DNA from: Pyrinomonadaceae bacterium
GTDB taxonomy: Bacteria; Acidobacteriota; Blastocatellia; Pyrinomonadales; Pyrinomonadaceae
Reading direction: 5' to 3'
NCBI GenBank assembly: GCA_046313635.1
Contig: JBKBYA010000012.1
Span: 44,421 to 108,420 of the forward strand
DNA length: 64,000 bases
A program made the position numbers and the translations under genes. Below the pieces are notes generated by a model. That model saw nothing but the letters and a program-made list of their open reading frames with translations, ran no database searches and was not told the DNA's origin. Positions 19,745-30,158 of this stretch are shown here, in pieces; position 1 is the stretch's first letter, and the number at the start of each line of letters is the position of its first letter.

Positions 19745-21121
19745 TCAGCGAACGGATGCGGCAGATGCGGTCATGCTTTTTAAAAACTCATCCCAATCCT
19801 TCAAGGCCCGCTCGACCTGGACGATGTGGCGTTCGCGCTTGTTGCGATGTTTTTTACGCAGCTCGACGGGGAGCGGCTCGAGCAGGCCGAAGGTGATGTT
19901 GACCGGCTGGAAGTTTTTGGTCTCGACATTCGAGACGTAGCGGCACAGTGCGCCGATCGCAGAGGTCGCCGGAGCGGTGAGCATCGGCTGACCGCGAAGC
20001 ACTCTGACCGCGTTGAGGCCGGCGAGCCAGCCGGTGGCGACCGACTCGACGTAGCCCTCGACGCCCGTGATCTGGCCGGCGAAGAAGAGCCGCGGATCGG
20101 CCCGCGTCGAGAGGTCCTGGTTAAGGATCTTCGGCGAGTTGATGAACGTATTGCGGTGGATCTGGCCGTACTGGAGAATGTCCGCGTTCTCGAGACCAGG
20201 GATCAGGCGAATGATGCGCGCCTGCTCGCCGTAGCGAAGATGGTTTTGAAATCCGACCAACCCGTACGCGTCGGCCATCAAATTCTCCTGCCGCAGCTGA
20301 ACGCATGCGTAAGGCTCCTGGCCTGTCTTGGGATCAGGCAGCCCTTTCGGCTTCATCGGCCCGAAGCGCAGCGTGTCGACGCCTCGACGCGCGAGTTCCT
20401 CGAGCGGCAGGCACGCCTCGAACCAGTGCGTCTCTTCAAATCGCTTGAGCGGGACCGACTTTGCGTTGATCAGCTCGTTGTAAAACCTCTCGTACTGCTC
20501 GCGGTCAAACGGGCAGTTGATGTAATCGTCGCCGCCCTTGCCGTAGCGTGCGGCCTTGAATGCGATCGACATATCGATCGAGTCGGCCGCGACGATCGGC
20601 GCGATCGCGTCGTAAAAGTAGAGCTGGTCGTCGCCGGTCCACTTCATTATCGACTCGGTAAGGGCGTCGCTGGTGAGCGGGCCGGTGGCGATGATGGTGA
20701 CGCCGCGCTCGACATTCTGGCCGCCGGCCGAGGCAGGCAGTTCTGACAGGCTCTTGACCTCTTCGCGGATGAGCTCGATGCGCGGATGGCGTTCGATCCT
20801 CTCGGTTATGTACTCGGCAAATTTGATCCGGTCGACCGACAGCGCCGCGCCGGCCGGTACGCGCGTCGCGGCGGCCGCCTGCATCACGAGCGAGCGGCCG
20901 CGCCGCAATTCTTCTTTCAGCAGATACGGTGCCGAGCCCGGCTCGTCGGATTTGAGCGAATTTGAGCAGACGATCTCGGCGAGCTGATCTGTGCGGTGCG
21001 CCGGCGTCTGCATCACGGGCCGCATCTCGTAGAGGCGTACGTCGGCCCCCAACTCGGCCGCCTGCCACGCGGCCTCGACCCCGGCGAGACCACCGCCCAC
21101 GACATTCACGACTTCTGACAT
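19745..21121 (-). CDS. trmFO: Methylenetetrahydrofolate-tRNA-(uracil-5-)-methyltransferase TrmFO
   Basis: VVGGGLAGVEAAWQ; AEIVCSNSLKS; FYDAIAPIV; LRFGPMKPKGL; AGQITGVEGYVES. Confidence 0.95.
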   Translation of the reverse strand: MSEVVNVVGGGLAGVEAAWQAAELGADVRLYEMRPVMQTPAHRTDQLAEIVCSNSLKSDEPGSAPYLLKEELRRGRSLVMQAAAATRVPAGAALSVDRIKFAEYITERIERHPRIELIREEVKSLSELPASAGGQNVERGVTIIATGPLTSDALTESIMKWTGDDQLYFYDAIAPIVAADSIDMSIAFKAARYGKGGDDYINCPFDREQYERFYNELINAKSVPLKRFEETHWFEACLPLEELARRGVDTLRFGPMKPKGLPDPKTGQEPYACVQLRQENLMADAYGLVGFQNHLRYGEQARIIRLIPGLENADILQYGQIHRNTFINSPKILNQDLSTRADPRLFFAGQITGVEGYVESVATGWLAGLNAVRVLRGQPMLTAPATSAIGALCRYVSNVETKNFQPVNITFGLLEPLPVELRKKHRNKRERHIVQVERALKDWDEFLKSMTASAASVR

Positions 21122-21257
21122 CACTTTTGGATTATAGATCAACGGCTCCGCGCGAGCGGAGACGCGGGTTGAAGGAGCGACCGGGACGGCGGGAAAAAAG
21201 GCCTTCGAAGCGCTCGCGCCTCGAAAGCCTTTTCGCACTTACGCCTCTTTTGTCGGC

Positions 21258-22460
21258 TCAAGGGCCGGCGACAAAGTCGAGCGAGGCGACGTCCTCCGAA
21301 AGCGTGACGCTCCTCGCGGCAAAGCTGTAGCCCTTGCTTGTGACGGTTACGACGTATGTCTCGCCGGTCGCGAGACCTTCGATACGGTAATGCCCGAACG
21401 TATTGGTCACGGCCGAGACGCGATTGCCCGCCTGGTCTGTAACGACGACCATCGCCCGCCCGATGCCCGCGCCGTCGGCCGACAAGACCCGTCCGCCGAT
21501 GGCGGCCTGGGCCGCGGTCGGAGCGAGCGGATCGCCGGCCGTCCAGTCCGCAAAGAATTGCACGCCGTTCACGGTAAAGCTGTTTCCCGCGGCGTTGAGC
21601 ACGACGCTCGATCCGTTAGGTGCAAAGCGATTTGGATATCCGGCGCTCGCGATGCGGAAGATGTCGTAAGAAGCTTCTGTACTCGTGCCCGGTATGTCCC
21701 CGTTGAGATAGTTGAAGGTCAGATTCGCCGTGACGCCGCTGCCGCTCGTCGTCCAATACCTCTGCAGCATCCGAGCCGGATCGAGCGCCGGTGAAGAGGG
21801 CGCCGTTCCGGTGTTTGCCTTAACGCTGAGAGTGCCGCTGCCGGCCGTGACCGTCGCCGCGACCGGAGAGTAGCCGCCGCCGGCGCCGACCGGATAGGTA
21901 AACGATCCAGCCGCCGAGAACTGTTTCCGGACCGTTCCATCGACAAGGCCGTTGGTCCTCGAGGCGGTCCCGGCCGGGCCCACGCTGACGATCTTTGTTC
22001 CGGTCGTCAGAGCTCCGTTGGTCAGGGTCAGAGCTCCGTTTACCGTCGCGTCGACATTCAGCGCCGTGCCCGCCGAATTATTTATCGTGAGGTTATTAAG
22101 CGTCAGCGCCGCGACGCCGCCGATCGATTGGGCGGTCGTCCCGTTAAAGGCAAGCGTATTGCCCGTCACGCCGAGGGTATAGCTGGTCGCGATCGCGTTG
22201 AACGCACCGGCGACGTTGATCGTCCCGCTTGCGAGCGTAACGGCCGCACCGCCGCGCGAGCCGCTTATCGTCAGGTTGTTGTAGCTGAAGGCCGGCACCG
22301 TCTGTGCGCCCGCGCCGTTAAAGTCAAATGTGCTGCCCGTTATCGTATGGCCCGAGCCCGCACCGGGCGTGAACGTTCCCGCGACGCCGATCGTGCCGCT
22401 GCTCGGCAGGACCTTGGCAAAGTTTGAGAAGGTCAGGTTGCCGTAGTTCGCCGCGAGCAC
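21258..22460 (-). pseudogene. 5'-truncated remnant of a large secreted beta-rich protein ending in a PTAA + carboxypeptidase-regulatory-like domain
   Basis: No signal peptide or RBS; begins mid-repeat (VLAANYGNLTFSN); C-terminal APTAAQAAIGGRVLSADG...FGHYRIEGL..GETYVVTV. Confidence 0.6.
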
Positions 22461-23158
22461 CCGCGGCGAGTTCGGGTGAATATCTAAGTTCGTTCGAGCT
22501 TCCCTCGCCGACAAACCTCGCCGTCCAGTAGTTGCTTGTGCTCGTCAGAGAGAGTTCAAATTCGAACCTGTGAAACGGGTCGTTCGACGGCTCGAGCCTG
22601 TAAACCGTCGGCAGCCAGCTCGTCGTCCGTCGTGTGCTTAGCGACACGCGCGGAGCGAGTCGCGACTCGACCCAGACGACGACACAGTCGATGTCGGAAG
22701 TCGCGCAAAAATCGTCGCCGCGCGTCGATCATCACCTCGACGATGTGCTCGTCGTAACCGAGGTAGCCGACCGTCTCGCTGACAACGACGTCAAACTCGC
22801 GCTCGAGAGACACGTCGAAGGAGCTTGCCTGTACTGCCTCTACCCTATCGGCGACGCCGTGCTCCCGCGCAAGCTCGTCGATCAGGCCGACGAGCATCTT
22901 GTCGGCCTCGATCGCGACCACCCTTGAAGCTCCGAGCTGTGCTGCGGCGATCGCCCACACGCCGGTACCCGAACCGATGTCGACGACGCGGGCGCCGTCA
23001 GCCACACGCTTGCGAAGGGCGTTGTAGAATTTCCGATTTCGTTCGGCGTCGCGCAGCAAGGTCTCGTGCGCCTTGAGCAGCCGGTGGGCGTGCTCCGCGA
23101 GGTGAGCTTGGGGATATTCGGGATTCAAGCGATAGGACTCCGGCGAAAAAGTACGCAA
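22461..23158 (-). pseudogene. SAM-dependent (PRMT-like) methyltransferase with internal deletion/frameshift
   Basis: HETLLRDAERN; VVDIGSGTG; DVVVSETVGYLGYDE; ARRRFLR, then continuation in another frame (DIDCVVVWVESRL...TTSWLPTVY...YSPELAA) with no stop before the next remnant. Confidence 0.6.
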
Positions 23159-23202
23159 TTATAACTGTCGCTCGGCCGGCGAGTAAATCGAGGCCTCTGA
23201 TA

Positions 23203-23904
23203 TCAAGTCGGGTCCGCCGCGAGGCGCGCGTTTTCGCCTTCTTCGCCCGCCATGAATTGCTCGTACTCCGCGAGCAGCTCGGACGGGTCTTGGTAGATCG
23301 CGATGCACCCCGCATCGCGCAGCCACTCGACGGGAAAGCCCCCGCACAGCACGCCGACCGTCCTGATGCCGAGCTTGCCGGCCGCGATCGCGTCGTAAGG
23401 CGTGTCGCCGACGGCGAGACATTCTGCGGGGTCGACGCCCTCGAGCTGCTCGAGCGCGGCGGCAAAGATGTCCGGGTGCGGCTTTGACCGCTCGGCGTCG
23501 TCGGCCGAGGTCTCGCCGTGGATCAGGTCGTCGATCCGCGTGATCTGCTTGTAGAACTTGAGCTCGTCCTCGGGCGCGCTCGAGGCGAGGGCGATCTGCC
23601 GACCGTCGGCATGGATGCGCTCAAATAGCTCGCGAACCGCCGGGAAAGGTCTTGCATGCGGCATATACTCGGCCTTGTAGATCTCGCCGCGGCGCTCCTC
23701 GACCTGTTTGCCGATCTCGTCCATTTCGTCTTCGTTCAAAAATACCGGCAGGAGCTGGTCCCCGCCTTTCCCGATCTGGTCGCGGATCGCCTGGAATTCG
23801 ATCTCTTTGCCAAATTCGCGAAACGCGCGCTGCCACGCCTCGGCGTGCATGTCGACCGTGTCGACGAGCGTTCCGTCAATGTCGAAGATCACGGCCTTTA
23901 TCAT
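23203..23904 (-). CDS. HAD-superfamily hydrolase (phosphatase-like)
   Basis: FDIDGTLVDT; SKPHPDIF; VGDTPYD. Confidence 0.92.
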   Translation of the reverse strand: MIKAVIFDIDGTLVDTVDMHAEAWQRAFREFGKEIEFQAIRDQIGKGGDQLLPVFLNEDEMDEIGKQVEERRGEIYKAEYMPHARPFPAVRELFERIHADGRQIALASSAPEDELKFYKQITRIDDLIHGETSADDAERSKPHPDIFAAALEQLEGVDPAECLAVGDTPYDAIAAGKLGIRTVGVLCGGFPVEWLRDAGCIAIYQDPSELLAEYEQFMAGEEGENARLAADPT

Positions 23905-23909
23905 CGCGC

Positions 23910-24116
23910 TCAAAACGTCACGTCGGGCGGGAACGTCGGGATAGGCTCCGGCGGCGTCGGGAACGGCTCGGGATTTGGGTTCGGGTCCGGGATAGGGTCG
24001 GTCACCGGATACGGATCGGGCTCAGCCGGCGGCGTCGGCTCGGTGCGGCCGGGTTCGGTGTTTGGCGGGTCGCCCTCGGGACGAACCGGTGAATTCGGCT
24101 GGTTTTGATCGCTCAT
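23910..24116 (-). CDS. Small proline/acidic-rich protein
   Basis: 68-aa ORF between co-oriented genes; stop sits 5 nt before the HAD ATG. Confidence 0.6.
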   Translation of the reverse strand: MSDQNQPNSPVRPEGDPPNTEPGRTEPTPPAEPDPYPVTDPIPDPNPNPEPFPTPPEPIPTFPPDVTF

Positions 24117-24146
24117 AATTCTTGTTGCTCGACTTTGTTCCTTGTA

Positions 24147-25022
24147 CTAACCGAGCGGCTTGCCGCCGGTCACGCCGATGACCTCGCCGGTGATGTAGCT
24201 CGACTCGTTCGACGCGAGAAAGACGTAAACCGGCGCCAGCTCGGCCGGCTGCCCGGCTCGCCCCACCGGCGTGTCGGCGCCAAACTCCTTCACGCTGTCC
24301 TCGGGCATCGTCGACGGTATCAGCGCCGTCCAGATCGGTCCCGGCGCGACGCAGTTTACCCGCACGCCGCTTTTGATCGCCTCGTCGCTGAGCGCTTTTG
24401 TGAAGGTCACGATCGCTCCTTTTGTCGTCGCGTATGCGAGCAGCGTCGGCGAAGGGTCGTAGGCCTGGATCGACGCGGTGTTGATGATCGCCGAGCCGGG
24501 CCGCATCTTCGGCAGCGCGGCCTTGCAGAGATAGAACATCGCGAAGATGTTCGTCCTAAAAGTGCGTTCGAGCTCGCCGGCCGTCAGCTCCTCGATGCTC
24601 TCGTGCGTCCGCTGGAATGCCGCGTTGTTGACGAGGATGTCGATGCCGCCTAGCTCGCTCACGGCGCGTTCGATCAGCGAGCGGCAATGCTCTTCGCTGC
24701 CGATATCGCCCGGCGCGAGAACGCACTTTCGCCCCGCCTGCTCGATCTGCTCGCTGATCTCGTCGGCGTCGGGCTGCTCCTCGGCGAGATACGAGATCAG
24801 AACGTCGGCTCCCTCGCGTGCAAAGGCGAGCGCGACCGCACGGCCGATGCCGCTGTCGCCGCCGGTGATCACGGCTCGTCTGCCTTCGAGTCGGCCCGAG
24901 CCGACATACGAGTCTTCGCCGTAGTCAGGCCTCGGCCGCATTTCTTTTTCAAGCCCCGGCGGCTCCTGACCCTGCGGCGGAAATGGCGGCTTTGGTCCTG
25001 CGGTTCGCGGATCTTCCTGCAT
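24147..25022 (-). CDS. SDR oxidoreductase (YghA/YhdF-like stress dehydrogenase)
   Basis: ITGGDSGIGRA; LVNNAAFQ; YATTKG; PGPIWT. Confidence 0.92.
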   Translation of the reverse strand: MQEDPRTAGPKPPFPPQGQEPPGLEKEMRPRPDYGEDSYVGSGRLEGRRAVITGGDSGIGRAVALAFAREGADVLISYLAEEQPDADEISEQIEQAGRKCVLAPGDIGSEEHCRSLIERAVSELGGIDILVNNAAFQRTHESIEELTAGELERTFRTNIFAMFYLCKAALPKMRPGSAIINTASIQAYDPSPTLLAYATTKGAIVTFTKALSDEAIKSGVRVNCVAPGPIWTALIPSTMPEDSVKEFGADTPVGRAGQPAELAPVYVFLASNESSYITGEVIGVTGGKPLG

Positions 25023-25170
25023 TGGCTATTGCGTCTCCGTGTTCAAACTCTTGAATTTTTATTACCGCACAATCGCCCGCCGGTTTTTGTAATCTGGTGA
25101 ACCGAAAGGTTTGGCGTGGTGAAAACTTGCGAAGCTAGAGTGCGGAGCGGACGTGGAGCAACTCGTCGAG

Positions 25171-25319
25171 CTCTGCCCGCCTATTTGCGGACAAGCTCCG
25201 CTTTTCCGGATCGGGGCCTGCGTCACTTGCGCGGCGCAGCGGCCGGAGGCGCAGCCTCAAGAACTTTAGAGTGACCTTCGACGGAAAAGCAGAGCTTTTC
25301 CGCAAATAGAGCGGCGGAG
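25171..25319. repeat. Imperfect 38-bp inverted repeat pair (REP-doublet-like)
   Basis: CTCTGCCCGCCTATTTGCGGACAAGCTCCGCTTTTCCG versus CGGAAAAGCAGAGCTTTTCCGCAAATAGAGCGGCGGAG. Confidence 0.65.
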
Positions 25320-25421
25320 CCGCATGAACGCGAATGCACGAGCGGATCAGGCACTTCGGAGCGACGCAAAAGAAAAAGGCCGCCCTTTTCCGGCGACCTC
25401 TCAAGCCTCACGTCCGTTTTT

Positions 25422-26477
25422 TTACTTAACGCCCACCACCATCGACTCGGGTCCGACGAGATGCACGACGCGCGTCTCTCTGAATCCGGCCTCGCGCATC
25501 CAACCCTGACAATCGGCTCCGGTGTAGTCAAAGCCGCCGCGGGTCTCGATCAGCATATTGAGGCTCATCAGCAGGCCAAGCGTATTCTCGCGGCGATCGT
25601 CGTCGATGAGCGTCTCAAAGACGATCAGCGATCCGCCCTCGGGCAGCGCTTCGTAGGCCTTGCGCAGCAGCATCTTCTTTTCGTCGAGGTCCCAGTCGTG
25701 GAGGATGTGGCCCATGATGAGCACGTCCGCCGTCGGCAGATCGTCGGTAAAAAAACTGCCGGGGTAGAACTTCAGACGATCCGACAGTCCGTTCTCGGCG
25801 ACGTACCGCTCAAAGATCGGCCCGACCTCGGGCAGATCGAAATTGCCGCCCGACAGATGCGGATGCGCAAGAGCGATCTGCACCGGCACGCCGCCCTGCG
25901 CACCGCCGACGTCGATAAAGGTCTTGTACTGCTCCCAAGGGAACTTTTCGGCGATCGCGCGGCCAGAGCCGAGGCTGAGACCGGTCATCGCTTTGAGAAA
26001 TCCCTCGAGACGCGCCGGGTCGGCGTAGAGCGCTTCAAAGAGTCCCTGGCCGCCGCCTTTCGCTTCGTTCTGCGGCTCGCCGGTGCGGAGTCCCTCGGTG
26101 AGCGAGTCCCAGAAGCCGTACAGCCGGCGGCTGCACATCTCGAGCATTCCGCCCATGTAGGTCGGCTTTGCGCGGTCGAGAAACAGATCGGTCTCGGGGG
26201 AATTGGAATACACGCCCGCACGGTCGCGCTCGAGCATCTTCATCGACACAAGCGCGTCGAGAAAGTCGCGGACGCTGCGCGGGTGCAGGCCAAACTTTTC
26301 GCGTACCGACTCGGCATCGAGCGGCTGCCTGGCGAGCTCGGTGAACAGGCCCAGTTCGATCGCGCTCAGAAGCGTTCTTGACGCCCAAAATCCAAACCCG
26401 ATCTGCATGATGCGGTCGGGCGAGACGGACGCTGCCGGCGGAGCCTGTGCTGCTGTCGATTCGAACGGGGTACTCAT
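25422..26477 (-). CDS. O-methyltransferase (Methyltransf_2 with dimerisation domain)
   Basis: [28 protein letters not shown]. Confidence 0.9.
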   Translation of the reverse strand: MSTPFESTAAQAPPAASVSPDRIMQIGFGFWASRTLLSAIELGLFTELARQPLDAESVREKFGLHPRSVRDFLDALVSMKMLERDRAGVYSNSPETDLFLDRAKPTYMGGMLEMCSRRLYGFWDSLTEGLRTGEPQNEAKGGGQGLFEALYADPARLEGFLKAMTGLSLGSGRAIAEKFPWEQYKTFIDVGGAQGGVPVQIALAHPHLSGGNFDLPEVGPIFERYVAENGLSDRLKFYPGSFFTDDLPTADVLIMGHILHDWDLDEKKMLLRKAYEALPEGGSLIVFETLIDDDRRENTLGLLMSLNMLIETRGGFDYTGADCQGWMREAGFRETRVVHLVGPESMVVGVK

Positions 26478-26634
26478 AATGTTGGCCTCTCGTTTTGAAC
26501 GTCGGGTGGTCCGATCTGATCGCGGCCCGACATTGACCAACGCGAAGCTGCGCCTCCGATCGTGTCAGTCGCGGCCCAAAGATCCCGGACCGGCACTCAG
26601 CTCGTCCGTGCAAGAGGACGTAATCGGGCCGGAC

Positions 26635-27648
26635 CTAGCTCTCGGCCGGCGGGCGACCTTCACGCAGCTGTTCGATCATCTTTCTTACCTCGTCGGCCCT
26701 TGGATTGCCGGGCGTCGCTTTGAGGTAGCGTTCAAGCTGCTCGACGGCGTCGCGGAAACGCCTGAGGTTGCGAGCGTAGAGCATCGCAAGATTCCAGTAG
26801 ATGTCGGGCGTCTTCCCCTTATCGAGCTTTACCGCCTGCAGCAGCGATCGCTCCGCGTCGTCGTACTTGCCGAGCCGCTGCTGAGCGAGTCCCAGGATAA
26901 AGTGGGCAGAGGCCGAGCTCTTGTTGAGCGTGACGGCGCGGGCGGCGTTCTCCGCGGCCTTGTCAAAGGCCCCGGTCGAGTACTGCGCATAGCTCAGGCC
27001 GTAAACGGCGTTAAAGCTCCCTGCGCTGACGGCGACGGCGCGTTCAAACGCGGCGAGAGCGTCCCCGATCCGCTGAAGCTTGACGTACTCCTCGCCGAGG
27101 CGCTCGAGCGCGGCAAAGTAGGTCGGAAATATTTCGATCGCGCGACGCAGCTGCTCGACGCCCTCGTCTGTGCGGCCCGCCTTGAGAGCGGCCACACCGT
27201 CGTCGTAGCGCCGCCTGGCGTCGTCCGGCACCTCCTGGACAAAGACGACGCCCGTCTTCTCCGCCTGCCGGACCTTTCGCGGCTGCAGATAAAAGTCGAT
27301 CACGACGTTGTCAGGGATGAGCTGCCCGCGCACGCCCATATCGCCGACCTCGACCGACCGCGACTGCTCCGCCAGATCGGTCCCGAGCGGCAGCACCCTG
27401 ATCGTAAATCGTCCAAAGGGCACGCCGGCAAAAAAATACCGGCCCGAGCCGTCGGTCCTGGTCCGCCCGACGGGACTGCCGAGATCGGTATTGAGCTCGA
27501 CCCAAACGTCGCGGACCGGCGTCCGACCGTCTGCAAATACAAATCCGGAGATCGAGCTGCGTCCCTGCGCGAACGTGCCGGACGCGGCAAACACGATGGC
27601 CGCAAGTGCGGCGGTCAAAAGCCCGGCGGGCCTGGCGCAATTTCTCAT
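26635..27648 (-). CDS. Secreted TPR protein with N-terminal carboxypeptidase-regulatory-like domain
   Basis: Signal peptide; TDGSGRYFF; several TPR helices. Confidence 0.8.
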   Translation of the reverse strand: MRNCARPAGLLTAALAAIVFAASGTFAQGRSSISGFVFADGRTPVRDVWVELNTDLGSPVGRTRTDGSGRYFFAGVPFGRFTIRVLPLGTDLAEQSRSVEVGDMGVRGQLIPDNVVIDFYLQPRKVRQAEKTGVVFVQEVPDDARRRYDDGVAALKAGRTDEGVEQLRRAIEIFPTYFAALERLGEEYVKLQRIGDALAAFERAVAVSAGSFNAVYGLSYAQYSTGAFDKAAENAARAVTLNKSSASAHFILGLAQQRLGKYDDAERSLLQAVKLDKGKTPDIYWNLAMLYARNLRRFRDAVEQLERYLKATPGNPRADEVRKMIEQLREGRPPAES

Positions 27649-27730
27649 TTCTTGATGGGTCTCCAATGTGTGATGCCGCTTGGATGCGCAAAAACGCCGC
27701 CGCGACTGCACGGCGGCGCGGCGGCGATCA

Positions 27731-30025
27731 TCAGCGGCCGCGTTCGCCGATCGCGGACAGGTCGTTCGCCGGCCGGCCGGGCCGGTAGGTCCGCTCGGTG
27801 CGGCCCTTTAGCTCTTCGCGATAGAAATAGACCTCGCGCAGGCTGCCGCTCGCGTAACGCTCGGCCTGATCGTTGAAGTGCGGCGAACGCGGATCGCCGC
27901 TCTCGCCGCCGGCCGTGACGGCGCGTGCGCGGACGCGCGGGCCAAACTCGACGACGGCGACAAAGCTGTTGCCGCTCGAGCCGTACATTCGCTTCGTTCC
28001 CGGATACGTCCTCGCGCCGAATGACGCGAGCGAGCCCCACGTGCCGCTCGTGAAAGGCACGGGAATGCTCGGCTTCGAGTCGTCAAACTTCTGCTCGATA
28101 TCGCCCGTCAGCCGCTGAAATCGATTGATCTCGCCCCAGCCGACGCGCCATGTGCCAAAGTCCTGCGTGAGACGCTCGACTGCTGCGGCAAGCGACGCGA
28201 GCATATCGGCCGGCGTCGCGTCTCGCTTGACCGCCTCGATCTGCGAAGTGAAAAAGAAGCCGACCGGCACGCCGCGGCTCTGCATCTGCCGGCTCAGCGC
28301 CTGGCCGTAGTAAACGGCAAGCGACGTCGGTACCGACGAGGCTCCCCACGTAAAGTCCCACGCCCGCAGTACGCCGATCGGCTCTCTCAATCTGCTCCAC
28401 ATCGGGTCGCCCTCTGGCAGCGCGTCGTACGCCCTCACAAGCGGCGGGACGATCTCGGCGAATGTCGGCAGATACGGATCGAATGCAGCCGCGACGAGGC
28501 GGTCGAGCGTGAAGTCGCGCCGCCCGTCGAGCACCCGGATCGCGTGCAGGCCGCGCGAATTCTCTCCCGACGTGTCCATATATTTCGGAAAGTCAGCGCG
28601 GCGCGGGCTGAAGCGCGCACCGGCCGCCGAGTACGGCCAGTTGTTCGTATTCTGGATCCAGCCGGTCTGCGGGTTTATGACGTGCGGGGCCTCGTCCATC
28701 GTATGCAGGCCTTTGTATTCCGTCGCCGGATCGCCGCCGTCCACCGGCTTTGTCCAGTCAAAGCGGTCGTCGCGCCGCGGGATGTACTGCGGATGAAAGT
28801 ACGCGATGTTGCCGTCGGCGTCGGCATAGACGGTGTTGTTTGAGGAGTTGGCCTTGTATCGGTCGAGCGTCCGGCGAAACTCGGCGAGGCTGCGCGCCTT
28901 GGTGCGCAGGTACGACTGGCTGAGCGCCTCGATCGGCCTATTCATCAGCGCGACGCTTATCCAGCGGCCGTCGGCGGCGCGGACGATCGGGCCGTGATGC
29001 GTGCGGTAAATATTGAATGTGCGCGTCGCGGTGCGGCCATTCGCGTCTTTGTATTTCAAACTTATCGACCTCGTCTCGACCGGCCGCAGCCGTTTGCCGA
29101 AACGATAATAGAGCTTGCCGCCGCGGCGAACGATCCTTTCGGCAAACTCGTCGATCACGTCGACATTGCTCGACGTGTGCATCCAGCCGAGCCGGTCGTT
29201 GAAGCCCTGATAGACAAAGAACTGTCCCCACGTGAGAGCTCCGTAAACGTTCATTCCCTCCTCGCTCACGCCCTGCTGCTCGGCTCGAAAGTAGAACGAA
29301 GTGTGCGGGTTGATCAGCAGCAGCGAGCGGCGGCCGGTCGTATTAAACGGTGCGATCGCGATGCCGTTGGAGCCCGGGAATTCTCTCGTCGCGGGGTCCT
29401 CGCCTTCGCCGAGGTCTTCTTCGGGCTCGGGCCGCGCTGCTTTATCGCCGTAAAATTCGGCGAGCCGGGCAAGCGAGATCGTCTCGATGTCGCCGCCGAT
29501 GCTGCCCTCAGTGAACGACAGTGCCATCCACGGCTCGAAGCGCGTTATCACCTTTGGCCGCACTTCCGGGTGCGTCGCGAGATAGAAGTTGAGCCCGTCG
29601 GCCCACGCGTCCATCAGCCGCCTGAGCATCGCAGGGCTGCGGCCGTAGAGCTTTTTGAGCTCGACCGGGTCGATAAAGAGACGCTGCCTGAGGTCTTGCC
29701 AGATACGCCGCTCGCCCTCGGCCTCGGCGACGCGGCCGAGCGAAGTGAGGTAGTTCATCTCGATGCGGGCAAAGTCGTCCTCGGCCTGCGCGTACATCAT
29801 TCCAAAGACGACGTCGGCGTCCGTTTTGCCGTAGATGTGCGGTATGCCCCAATCGTCGCGGACGATCGTCACGCGATCGGCGATCGCTCGCCAGCGGGCC
29901 ATCTCGTCGGTCTGTCTCGCCGCGGGCGGGAGATTCTCGACCGCCGCGGTCCGCTCGGCGGCGAAGAGCGGAAGCCATGAGATCGCCAAAAGCAGCAGCG
30001 TGAGGAACGGGATCTTTCTATTCAT
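27731..30025 (-). CDS. Penicillin acylase family (Ntn hydrolase)
   Basis: RDDWGIPHIYG; YAQAEDD; GSNG nucleophile; LLINPH. Confidence 0.92.
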   Translation of the reverse strand: MNRKIPFLTLLLLAISWLPLFAAERTAAVENLPPAARQTDEMARWRAIADRVTIVRDDWGIPHIYGKTDADVVFGMMYAQAEDDFARIEMNYLTSLGRVAEAEGERRIWQDLRQRLFIDPVELKKLYGRSPAMLRRLMDAWADGLNFYLATHPEVRPKVITRFEPWMALSFTEGSIGGDIETISLARLAEFYGDKAARPEPEEDLGEGEDPATREFPGSNGIAIAPFNTTGRRSLLLINPHTSFYFRAEQQGVSEEGMNVYGALTWGQFFVYQGFNDRLGWMHTSSNVDVIDEFAERIVRRGGKLYYRFGKRLRPVETRSISLKYKDANGRTATRTFNIYRTHHGPIVRAADGRWISVALMNRPIEALSQSYLRTKARSLAEFRRTLDRYKANSSNNTVYADADGNIAYFHPQYIPRRDDRFDWTKPVDGGDPATEYKGLHTMDEAPHVINPQTGWIQNTNNWPYSAAGARFSPRRADFPKYMDTSGENSRGLHAIRVLDGRRDFTLDRLVAAAFDPYLPTFAEIVPPLVRAYDALPEGDPMWSRLREPIGVLRAWDFTWGASSVPTSLAVYYGQALSRQMQSRGVPVGFFFTSQIEAVKRDATPADMLASLAAAVERLTQDFGTWRVGWGEINRFQRLTGDIEQKFDDSKPSIPVPFTSGTWGSLASFGARTYPGTKRMYGSSGNSFVAVVEFGPRVRARAVTAGGESGDPRSPHFNDQAERYASGSLREVYFYREELKGRTERTYRPGRPANDLSAIGERGR

Positions 30026-30158
30026 CGGTTTATCCCGTTCAAGATAAAGCGGGTCTGCCGCAGAGTAAAGTCACCTCGCCTGCGAATGTGCGCGGGACAG
30101 CGAAAGGCTCCGCGCATGTCGACCGGGGAGCCGTGAGATCCGATCGCGAGCTCGCCGG

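Noticed and set aside
26203..27876. 557-aa plus-strand ORF
   Set aside because: Antisense to the O-methyltransferase and TPR genes, with no recognisable domain.
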